DNA of 64,000 nucleotides from Eledone cirrhosa (taxonomy: Eukaryota). The number at the start of each line of letters is the position of its first letter. Position 1 is the stretch's first letter. Positions 13,670-27,337 of the stretch are shown in pieces. The position numbers were made by a program, and so were the translations under genes. The stretch spans positions 118,730,001 through 118,794,000 of the forward strand of contig OZ024745.1 in assembly GCA_964016885.1 (NCBI GenBank). Direction: 5' to 3'. The notes beneath the pieces are model-generated. The model saw only the letters and a list, made by a program, of their open reading frames with translations, was not told the DNA's origin and ran no database searches.

Positions 13670-13726
<57 letters not shown>

Positions 13727-16700
13727 ACACTCACTAAGCGTGAAACTAATACTATTTGTAACATGTACTCCTGCGTTGTCTGTTTTTTGTATTCCGAACT
13801 ATATATAAACACGTTAGAGTCTTACAAATAGAGAATTGCAACAGTTAAAAACTTACGAGATTATTTTAACAAATCAATCAATCAATCGCGTTCCCGCAAC
13901 TGTTGTATCCAGTCGATTACACACACGTGTGTATGTAGTATATACGTAAATGTATGTGTATACACACACACACGAAGGGTTCGGGACCCCAACGGCTTAG
14001 CTCCTGTCGTTTTCAACAGCTAGATCTAGCTGTTGAAACTGTAGGACCTCAGCCGTCGGGGGCACCCGAATCCTATATATTACCCACTCTACTACCCCAA
14101 GTATCGAGTACCCAGGGGAGAAATGGTCTAACTGGTTTTTACTGCATCCATGGAGTAGTAGTATGGGTATATATCTATCTATCTATCTATCTATAGGTAT
14201 ATATATATGAGAGAGTAGTAGAATGGGTATATATATATGAGAGTAGTAGAGTGGGTATATATATTATATATATGAGAGAGAGGGGGGGGGGGGCATTATA
14301 TACGCCAAACCCGCAGCCAGGTTTTCTGCCAGGTAATGCCATTCGAATATATGTTAAAACATGGGGATGCCAAAACAAAATAAAGAAATATTGTTTAGTA
14401 AAATATATATATTATTCTTGTTTGATGGGGATGCCAAAACTAAATTTGCTTGTGATAGGAGATGCCGGGCATCCCCTGGCATCCCCTTGGCTACGGGCCT
14501 GATATACGCACATATAAAGCATGTAAGTGTATAGAAAAGAGAAGCGGGTGTAGAGGCTGGCAGACGAAATGAAACAATGTCAATGGAACAATTTTGCATT
14601 AGACATGAAATAATTGTTTCTACTTTTGGCACAAGGCCAGCTATTTCCCCAGTGTATTACTGTTACGGTGTCATTCCCCCAATTGGCTGCTTTTTTTTAT
14701 TCATTTATTTTTTTCTTCCTAACTTACACGTAGGAAAAAGTTGTTTACGTTAGAATAAAGACGAAAGATGTGAACAAATAACTTTCTCCGCGGTTTACTT
14801 ACAGAAATTAGGAACATATGGCATGGACCTCCCACAGTTTTGACGATGAGTGTTCCAGTTGTACAATCATGTAATTAATGTGTAAGTGGCTGAGCATTCT
14901 ACAGGCACGTGTATCCCTAAACGTAATCTCAGGGAGATTTACTGTGACATAATGTGTGATAAGGCGGGTCATTTGAATTACGGATACAAGGCCATCTGAC
15001 TGGCTTCGAAGCAATTTCGTCTACTCAGTTTCACTCACAAGGCATGGGTTGACTAGAGGCTATGTATGGTAAATGACACATTACCAAGATGCCACGCAAT
15101 GGAATCAAACCAGGGACCCAATGATTGCGAAGCGAAATTCTTACCAATTAGATCATACTGATTGCACTAGGATCATGTGAATTAATAGGAATTAAACCCT
15201 GACCCTTTCTAAAATATGGCATTCGTTATATCTCTGCATTGCATAATGTAAAAGGCAGCGTAAACGGTTTGGTGTGATGCTTCTGAGTTAAAATTTCCAT
15301 GAGTTTGAAATTGCCTTGCACCCGTCTAAAGTCGATAAAATAAATGGTGGGGACGATTAAAATTGATTAGTGAAAAATGCTTAGATTTGTGCTATTAAGA
15401 TCAATCCTGCCGCAAAATGTAGCTTTATGCTTATTGATAGAAATGAAGATTATATAACAGAAAGTACAATTGTTTGAGTATCGCACAAAATACGTTGTAG
15501 TTATTTGTAGCGTCTCTTTACGTTCAGAGTTCAAATCTCGCCGAGGTTTCCTTCGTTTTTCATCTTTCCGGGTTCGATAAAATAAAATATAGAGGTCGAT
15601 TTAATCGACTACTCACTACCATCAAATATCTTGCCTTGTGTCTGTATTGAATGGGAGAAAAAATACTTGTCAGCATTTATTCGTTTCAGACAACATCGAC
15701 TTAACCTTTAGTCAGTCTGGGCTCAACAAATTATGTACTAGACACGTAGTGGATTTATTAAATTGGCTACACCCATCCCTCAAACTTGCGAAAATGTATC
15801 AAAAGTGGAAATCATTATTCGTAACAGAAATATTATTAGCATATTTTCGTGAATGGGGGTCAAGTGTATCTCATGGCTGATAAGACAATATATCTTGGCT
15901 CTATTATTCAGGTCGCTGACTGAACATGTTTCAATTGCAATTTTCTCGGCAGCCCAGAGTCCCAGAATATATGACAAGCACATATTTCATACACTGGTCA
16001 AAGTATCAAGTTAGTTAAGTGATTATAAAGGAAGTAATTTTTTTTTTTTTAATAACCAACCACCACGTTTATTTTCATTTTTATTCGTAAGTATTTTTAT
16101 TATCGTTTATCTTAAAATTAATAAGGATTCAATGCAATGTGAAATTGTCATTGACAATTCATATTGTGACCTGAATAAAAAAAAACAACATTGTCAAATT
16201 AGTCAAATTCTTTCAGGTTGAGACAGTCACTCATAATTGACCAAATAGGGCGGTGGGTTGGCAGTATCGGTAGAACGTCCTACAAAATGTTTTGTTACAT
16301 TTTAGTTAGAGTCCTTTATGCTCTGAGTTCTAATATTTTGAAGGTCAGCTTGCCTTCCATCCTTCCAAGATTGATATAATAAAGTACCAGTAAAGTCGAT
16401 ATATTAGACTTTCCCTCTCCCACACAATTACTGGCCTTGTGTCTATATTAGAAACAATTATTGAATTAAAGGCTGCTTGAGTGACCGCATTAGATAAAAA
16501 ACAAAAATGTTTTGCGGTATTTAGTTACGACTTTCTACGTTCTGAGTTCAAATCCCGCCTTTCACTCTTCTGGGGTCGATAAAATAAAGTATCAGTTAAG
16601 TACTGGTGCCGATATAATCGACTTTCCCCTTCCTTCAAATGGTTGGCCCTGTGCTAATTTTTAAAATAATTATTAACTGACAATTCCGTTAAAGCATCTG

Positions 16701-17980
16701 GCAAAATACAATGCATCATTCTAAGTTCAAATACACCCAGATTAATGTAATTGAAAGTTCCCTTCTCCAAAACTCAAGGCCTTGTGCCAGTCAGAAATGA
16801 TTAAAAGGGTGGTTTGGCAGAAACGTTAGAGCGTCAGAAAACAACTCCTAAATGTATGTGCTGGTTCTTTACGTTCGCAGTTCAAATACCATCGGAGTCA
16901 AATGTGGCTTTCATCTTTCTTCTGTCACCCCCTGTTCAGAGGATCACCAATTCCACTGACCACACGACAATAATTTGTCTCTTTGAATTCTTCTCATATT
17001 AACCTAAATGTGACCATTGGACTATCTATACCTCATGCACTACTCCTATCTCGAGGATTTACTTTATCTCATCATGGCGTCCTTAGACATGCATCATACT
17101 CATTTCTTACACGTTCGTCTGTCGACATTGTGCGAGCACGCAGACATATAACCACACCTGATAACCACACATACACGTGTACACTGGTTTAGTCACACAT
17201 GCATGCTACGACCGATACACAACCACAACACACAAACAAGCACGTATACACTTTTATGAACACCCATACATTCTTGTCCACAATTTACATATAAACTTCT
17301 GCGATTCTGTCATAGCACGTAAAGAGAGGGGAGTAGTTAGACTATCTCATACTACTCCTTTTTTTCCCCTCTGCTGCCAGCGTGAATGTATGTGTGTAAA
17401 GGGAAGGTGAAAAAACTACATTGTATAAGGATGTGTAAATGTATCCGTGTATGTTTGTGTGAATGTATTTTTGTAAGTGTGTCTGTATTGTGCTTGCGCG
17501 TTTATATTTATATACTCATACATATAAATGTATGTTTATGCACACACGTACGTCAGCGTATGGGAAAATGTTCTAGTTTATTAAAATGTACATTAAATTG
17601 TGTGCTAAGAAGCCGAAGAGTACTCTTTTACCTGTTCCAGCCATGCTGGGGCACCGCCCTTGAGTACGATAAAGTTTTATCTATAACTACCAGCACGAGC
17701 GTTAATAATATGCAAATTAGTATGTCAATTTCAGAATGCTACTATAAGTAATAGGGTAAATAAGTCCGTTGGTTACGTATTTCCTTGTGGTTGTTTAGAT
17801 GATATACAAGCCTTTAGATGAGGAGCCAACTAGGTCAGAAAATCGATTTAACGGCTTTATCATTTTTTTTTTTTTCAATATATATGGAAATACGTCTATT
17901 TAGCACAGTCATGTGTCTATATTCTAAACAAATGTGTATATTCATAAACACCGCCTCAGTTACCTCTACTCTGCATAAAT

Positions 17981-18112
<132 letters not shown>

Positions 18113-19022
18113 TGTCGATGGATCTCCGTCGGTTTTTACGATGAGTGTTGTTCGATCAACTGAATAGCTTGCTCCTGAAATTTAAGTGTAAGCGGCTGAG
18201 CAGTCCAGACAGGTGACAGTGTGTGATAAAGCTGGCCCTTTTAATTACAGTACAGTGCATCAGACAGGCTTCCAAACAGTTTCCGTCTACCCTATTTCAC
18301 TCACGAGGCTTCATGGGTCGACCCATGGCTATGATAAATATATATCTCTTGTTTAAGGTGTCATGTAGTAGGATCGAACCCGGGACCTAATAATTGCGAA
18401 ACGCAGATGTTAACCTATGCAGGGCCTATGAGAGGGGAGGTCCAGTCGGTACGTTGTTCCGGGGCCCAAGAGCTAAGAAGGCCCCTCAGCAACCATGCAA
18501 CATCCATTTTGAGAAAAATCTTTGCCTGCTTCGGACCCCAAAGGGGTCTTGCAAAATTTCTCTTGGAGGTCCTGTAACCATGCTAGTGTAGGACCAGTAG
18601 TCCGAACAATAGAACTACTTGCTCAAGGATATAACATACAAGTGGCTGTACAGTGGATTGGCAGTATCGGTAGAACGTCGGATACCCTGCGTCGCAGCAT
18701 AGAGTTACGTCCCTTTATGTTCTGATTTCAAATCCCACCGAGGTTAACTTTGCCTTTCATCCTTACGGGGTCGATAAAATAAAGTACCAGTCACGCACTA
18801 GGATAATTGCTGGCCTTGTACCAAAAATAGAAACAATTATTACACATACACTTTTAAAGTAATTTAAGGGAGATTCAGCCTGATAATGTGTAACAAAGCC
18901 GGGCATTTGAATTAGCAACGTGAAATAATGGGTCTTGCTCAAGGAATCGAACTTAAGGTTGAGTCGAAAGTCGAACACGTGCCTTCACATACATATACAC
19001 GCATTCACACGCGTGTGTGTGT

Positions 19023-19077
<55 letters not shown>

Positions 19078-19160
19078 AGCTCTGTTACCTACATAGAGCA
19101 CTCTTTTTTCCTGGACTTTTCCGACGGAATTACTTCACATATATATTTATATATATATAT

Positions 19161-19356
19161 AAGATGGCGTAGAACAAAGGAGAGGCACAAAAAACAAAGA
19201 AAAGAACCCCCAGTTACTGAAGAGGTCACAGAATGTGTGACGAAAGAACTTTGACAACATATAAACAACCATCTGGTTGTGGAACCAACCAACCAACTGG
19301 AAATTTATAAATTTATAATAAATTGAAGTGAAAGCAACTGGTGCGTGTGTTTCTTA
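19161..19356 (+). mobile_element. Solo 3' pseudo-LTR of the Penelope-like element at 59341-61056, with an HHR variant at 19213-19255
   Basis: Near-identical reverse complement of ~59352-59577; gtta-CTGAAGA-g-gtcaca gaatg tgtgac-GAAA-gaac-TT-tgac. Confidence 0.8.
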
Positions 19357-19596
19357 TATATATATTTATATATATAATTAAGTTAAAAATGTACATCTAC
19401 ATATGCATACTGAAATACTAGTATGCATATGAATACACACACGTATACATATGTAGATGTACCAAGTCTTTCACTGGTTACTTTACTGTGAGTATCCAGC
19501 TATTCTGTATGTAAACACACAGACAAACCGGTTTTTAGAGTCATACTGGTTTTTGAGGAAACACCTTTCCTCTATTCTCCAGAAAGCCAGACAAGG

Positions 19597-19641
19597 AATA
19601 TTGAACTAGTTTCGTTGTTGTTACAACTCATCAGCAATATT
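19597..19641 (-). ncRNA. Type I minimal hammerhead ribozyme (inverted arm)
   Basis: Exact reverse complement of 20133-20177. Confidence 0.9.
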
Positions 19642-20132
19642 TACCTATCTACCGGCCTTTCTGGAGAATCGTAAAAGCACATATCGTTATATGCTTTTTC
19701 TATGAAAATTAGTAGTGGGCAGACTAATTTGCATAGAGTGTGAGTACGTACCGGTTCAACGGAGACGATAAAAACAAATAACGAAACGTGTGTTTACATA
19801 CAGAATAGCTGGATACTCACAATAAAGTAACCAGTGAAAGACTTGGTACATCTACATATGTATACGTGTGTGTATTCATATGCATACTAGTATTTCAGTA
19901 TGCATATGTAGATGTACATTTTTAACTTAATTGTTTAAGCGTCAGTCATACAAAAGTGAGTTACAAACGAAACGAAATTTAATTTCGTTTCGTTATTTGT
20001 TTTTATCGTCTCCGTTGAACCGGTATGTACTCACACTCTATGCAAATTAGTCTGCCCACTACTAATTTTCATAGAAAAAGCATATAACGATATGTGCTTT
20101 TACGATTCTCCAGAAAGGCCGGTAGATAGGTA

Positions 20133-20177
20133 AATATTGCTGATGAGTTGTAACAACAACGAAACTAGTTCAATATT
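20133..20177 (+). ncRNA. Type I minimal hammerhead ribozyme
   Basis: aatattg-CTGATGA-gttg taacaa caac-GAAA-ctag-TT-caatatt: perfect 7-bp stem I, 4-bp stem II, palindromic ACTAGT stem III, GUU triplet (predicted cut after 20170). Confidence 0.9.
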
Positions 20178-20554
20178 CCTTGTCTGGCTTTCTGGAGAAT
20201 AGAGGAAAGGTGTTTCCTCAAAAACCAGTATGACTCTAAAAACCGGTTTGTCTGTGTGTTTACATACAGAATAGCTGGATACTCACAGTAAAGTAACCAG
20301 TGAAAGACTTGGTACATCTACATATGTATACGTGTGTGTATTCATATGCATACTAGTATTTCAGTATGCATATGTAGATGTACATTTTTAACTTAATTGT
20401 TTAAGCGTCAGTCATACAAAAGTGAGTTACAAACGAAACGAAATTTAATTTCGTTTCGTTATTTGTTTTTATATATATATATATAAATATATATATTTAA
20501 ATTTCGTTTCTGAATTTGTTTAGCAAGATTATTTATCTGAAATCTTTGGGAGGG

Positions 20555-20656
20555 TCATGTTGCCAATAAGAAACACACGCACCAGTTGCTTTCACTTCAA
20601 TTTATTATATATTTATAAATTTATAAATTTACAAATCTACAAATTTCTGGTTGGTT
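20555..20656 (-). mobile_element. 3' terminus of the same Penelope pseudo-LTR, running into the gap
   Basis: 'tcatgttgccaataagaaacacacgcaccagttgctttcac' is identical to 59341 onward. Confidence 0.8.
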
Positions 20657-20856
20657 NNNNNNNNNNNNNNNNNNNNNNNNNNNNNNNNNNNNNNNNNNNN
20701 NNNNNNNNNNNNNNNNNNNNNNNNNNNNNNNNNNNNNNNNNNNNNNNNNNNNNNNNNNNNNNNNNNNNNNNNNNNNNNNNNNNNNNNNNNNNNNNNNNNN
20801 NNNNNNNNNNNNNNNNNNNNNNNNNNNNNNNNNNNNNNNNNNNNNNNNNNNNNNNN
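20657..20856. other. Assembly gap (200 N)
   Basis: Run of N. Confidence 1.
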
Positions 20857-20864
20857 GACCTGAC

Positions 20865-21212
20865 ATATATACATATATATATACATACATATATACATAC
20901 ATATACATATATATATATACATATACACATATACATATACATACATATATACATACATACATACATACATACATACATGTATATACATACATACATACAT
21001 ACATACATATACATACATATATGTATATACATACATACATATATATACATACATATATACATATATATACATACATACATATATATATATATATACATAC
21101 ACATACATATATACATATATACATATACATACATATATATACATATATATATATATATACATATACACATATACACATACATATATATACATATACACAC
21201 ATACACATATAC

Positions 21213-21247
<35 letters not shown>

Positions 21248-21444
21248 CATATATATATACATATATATATATACATACATATATACATATACACACATAC
21301 ACATATACATATATATATACATACATATACACATATACATACATATATATATATACATATACATATACATATACATACATATACATATACATATATACAC
21401 ATATATACATATATATATATATATACACATACATATACATATAC

Positions 21445-21493
<49 letters not shown>

Positions 21494-21498
21494 CATAT

Positions 21499-21547
<49 letters not shown>

Positions 21548-21660
21548 CATATATATATACACATATATATATACATATACATACATATATATATACATAT
21601 ATATATATATACATACATATATATATACATATATATATACATATATATATATATACATAC

Positions 21661-21691
<31 letters not shown>

Positions 21692-21758
21692 CATACATAC
21701 ATATATATATATATATACATACATATATATATATATATACATACATATATATATATAT

Positions 21759-21789
<31 letters not shown>

Positions 21790-21844
21790 CACACATATAT
21801 ATATATATATACATACATACATACATACATATACATACATACAC

Positions 21845-21877
<33 letters not shown>

Positions 21878-22222
21878 CACATATATATATATATATATAC
21901 ATACATACATACACATATATACATATACATACATATATATATATACATATACATACATACATACACATATATACATATACATATATATATACACATATAT
22001 ACATACATACATATATATACACATACATACACATACACATATATATATACATACATACACACATATATATATACATACATATATATATACATATACATAT
22101 ATATATATATATATATATACATACATACATATACATACATACATATATATATATACATACATATATATATATATATACATACATACATACACATATATAT
22201 ATACATACATATATACATATAT

Positions 22223-22267
<45 letters not shown>

Positions 22268-22492
22268 CATATATATACATATACATACATATATATATAT
22301 ATATATATACATACATATATATATATACATACATATATATATATATATATATACATACATATATATATATATACATACATACATATATATATATACATAC
22401 ATACATATATATATACATACATATATATATATATATATATACATACATACATATATATATACATACATATATATATATATATATATACATAC

Positions 22493-22535
<43 letters not shown>

Positions 22536-22554
22536 TATATATATATATATACAC

Positions 22555-22641
<87 letters not shown>

Positions 22642-22652
22642 CATATATATAC

Positions 22653-22685
<33 letters not shown>

Positions 22686-22824
22686 CATATATATATACAT
22701 ATATACACACATATATATATATACATACATATATATACATATATACATACATATATACATATACATATACATATACATATATATATACATATATATATAC
22801 ATATATATATACATATATATATAC

Positions 22825-22875
<51 letters not shown>

Positions 22876-22876
22876 C

Positions 22877-22921
<45 letters not shown>

Positions 22922-23234
22922 TACATATATATATACATATATATATACATATATATATACATATATACATACATATATATATACATATATATATACATAT
23001 ATATATACATATATACATATACACACATACATACATATACATATACATACACATATACATACATATATACATATATATATACATACATATATACATACAC
23101 ACATATATATACATATACATACATATATACATATACATATATATATATATATATATACATATATATATACATATATACACATATATACACACACACATAC
23201 ATATATATATACACATATACATATATATACATAC

Positions 23235-23271
<37 letters not shown>

Positions 23272-23320
23272 TATATACATATATATATACATATATATAC
23301 ACATATACATACACATATAC

Positions 23321-23358
<38 letters not shown>

Positions 23359-23459
23359 ATACATATATATATATATATATACATATATATATACATATAT
23401 ATATATACATATATATATACATACACATATACACATATATATACATATACACATACATA

Positions 23460-23493
<34 letters not shown>

Positions 23494-23508
23494 CACATAT
23501 ACATATAC

Positions 23509-23539
<31 letters not shown>

Positions 23540-23580
23540 CATACATATATATATATACATATATATACATATATATATAT
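20865..23580. repeat. Giant compound (TA)n/(TACA)n microsatellite, ~2.7 kb
   Basis: Only TA/CA dinucleotides; source of the spurious ~1000-aa YI/HI ORFs. Confidence 0.95.
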
Positions 23581-24030
23581 GGTGGCTGCCAACTCGTTTT
23601 CGAGTACGGCCACTACTTTATATCCATGTAGGAGAACCCCTACTGATGCGCTGAACGAGTGTGACTTTTTAGTCCAGCCAGCGACTTGAAAGCTCTGGTA
23701 CAAACACTACACTTGTGACAATTATTGACACATAGTGCTGGGCCATGGTACCATGTGACGACAAATGCAGAGAGATCTCCAGATACAAAGCAATGCCTGT
23801 GCCGTGAAGCTTTTATAGTGAGCAAAGGCACTGCACAATGCCAGTCCCACTCTCTTAACCAAGATGATATTTACCAAAAAGAAGAACAAGTCAACATCAT
23901 TGGATACCATCAGGGTTGCAGGTGTTATATCAGAGTTTTCCTTCTCCTAGAATTCCGCCTTGACAAAGGCTAAGGGGTCATCTCTCCCGGTGATTTTGGA
24001 TGGCCATTGACTCTTAAGAGCTCCTTTGCC
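23581..24030 (-). mobile_element. Non-autonomous RTE derivative, 5'-truncated copy of the 48748-49357 element
   Basis: Near-identical reverse complement of ~48905-49357; encodes the residual C2H2 finger '[22 protein letters not shown]'. Confidence 0.8.
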
Positions 24031-25498
<1,468 letters not shown>

Positions 25499-25499
25499 A

Positions 25500-27061
25500 T
25501 CTCTCTATATAAAATACTCAGTGTTTCTTTTCCTTATGCATTCCTGAACACCTTGACCAAATCAAATCAAATTTTACAAGGTATTATACTCCCGATTAAC
25601 ATGTAATTTTCATTTTATTTGGATTAAACGAATATAACACTTTATCTAAAAGACTATGCGGCAGCTGGAGAGAAATGAATCAAACATGCTCCGTTGGATT
25701 TGCAATGTCAATGTGCGTGAACGACCAAGCATAGATGAGTTGAGAAACTGTGTATAAAAGGAATAAGCTGTAGTGTGCGAGAGAGAAGACTGCGTTGGTA
25801 TGGACATGTGATGTGCATGGAGGATGACCGCTGGGTAAACAAGTGCCAAGAAATACTAATATAAGGAAGACACAGTAGAGGAAGACACAGTAGAGGAAGA
25901 CCACGAAAAACATGGGCGGAGGTGGTGAGAGCAGACCTCAGATCTCTGAAGCTCACGGAGGAGATGACAAAGGACCGTGACAAGTGGAGAGATGATGTGC
26001 TGAATAGGACCTGTCCCACCCTTGCAAGCAGGGAAAACCGGACGTAAAATGATGATGATGATGAATCAACCATATAGACAACTAAATATATAGATATTTC
26101 ATAACACCACGGCGACATCACATTTTGTATATATATATGTGTGTGTGTGTGTGTTTGTACGTTCGTTACGAACGTTAGACCTTAGTAAGCTACATACATA
26201 TCTTCACGTAAATATTTAATCAGATACACAGAGAATTAAACAGACACACATACATATGTGACGACTGACAAGTATGTGTGCGTGAGTGTGTGTGTGTGAG
26301 TATACCTACTTTTCTGTGACGACTGACATAACGAACGCTGAAGGGGGGCGCGGTAAAATATTACGTGTGTGTTTGAATGAATGTATGTCTGTGTGCGTTT
26401 TTTATAAGTTGTGTGTCTGTATGAACACACACGCACACACACACACACACACACATCTACACATACATATACATATGTAGCGACTGACAAGTATATGTGT
26501 GTAAATATATGTGTGTGAGTGTATGTGATATTATATGTGTGTGAGTAATTTGCACTGCATACAGAAATAGAGATTAATATATATTTCTTTTGGATGTTGA
26601 TACTTTACAATATTGAAATAAATGTGTCTATTCCAAAACTTCCTTTCATACCTTCAGATGTTCCATTTGAATTTAAGAGGCTTCAGTTTCCAGTCTAAGT
26701 TTTGTTATTTCAATTAACAAATCTCAGGGTCAATCCTTCAAGGTAGTTGAACTTGATCTCTCTACTACATGTTTCTCCTACGGTCAACACTATGTTGGTT
26801 GTTCACGAGTTGGAAGCAGCAACAATTTATTCATTTGGACACCAACAAAAAGTTACACAATTAATATTGTTTACCCTGGGGTGCTTCAAGATTGACAGAT
26901 TTTCATTTCTAAATTCTATTATCATTACAATTTTTATATTTTTAAAAAATAAAATATAGATATTATGAAATAATTATGAGCAAGAAAATATATCTTCGTA
27001 TTTATTGTTTACTAATCAGAATAAGAACAGTAAACCAGGCAACGCCGGGTGAGTCAGCTAG
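25500..27061 (+). mobile_element. Non-autonomous Helitron with a residual helicase C-terminus (~26620-26895), interrupted by an RTE fragment
   Basis: Translates to 'IPKLPFIPSDVPFEFKRLQFPV / ISINKSQGQSFKVVELDLSTTCFSYGQHYVGCSRVG...NIVYPGVL' (PIF1-like motifs V-VI). 3' hairpin ccaggc-aac-gccggg at 27035-27049, then CTAG|T at 27058-27061. Putative A|TC start at ~25500. Confidence 0.8.
25646..26065 (+). mobile_element. RTE LINE 3' end, 5'-truncated
   Basis: 'RERRLRWYGHVMCMEDDRWVNKC...RGRPRKTWAEVVRADL...DRDKWR' followed by a (GAT)n tail. Confidence 0.9.
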
Positions 27062-27295
27062 TACATATATATATACATGCATATACATATATATACATAC
27101 ACATATATATATACATACATATATATATATACACACACACATATGCATATATACATATGCATATATGTACATATATATACACATACATATATATATATAC
27201 ATACACACACACATACCCACACATATGCATATATACATATGCATATATGTACATATATATACACATGCATATATATATGTACATATATATACACA

Positions 27296-27334
<39 letters not shown>

Positions 27335-27337
<3 letters not shown>

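Larger units (their letters stand above)
19376..20472 (+). mobile_element. Retrozyme-like non-coding retroelement: 466-bp unit in ~1.46 tandem copies (19788-20472) plus an inverted arm (19376-19788)
   Basis: 19788-20006 is repeated at 20254-20472 (period 466). 19376-19788 is the reverse complement of ~19987-20398. No ORF, contains HHR, flanked by (TA)n. Confidence 0.8.

Noticed and set aside
14310-14500. GC-rich stretch ending ggctacgggcctg (similar pieces at 18420-18590 and 56636-56700), possible hAT-type MITE ends
   Set aside because: Matching TIR pairs and TSDs could not be established by eye.
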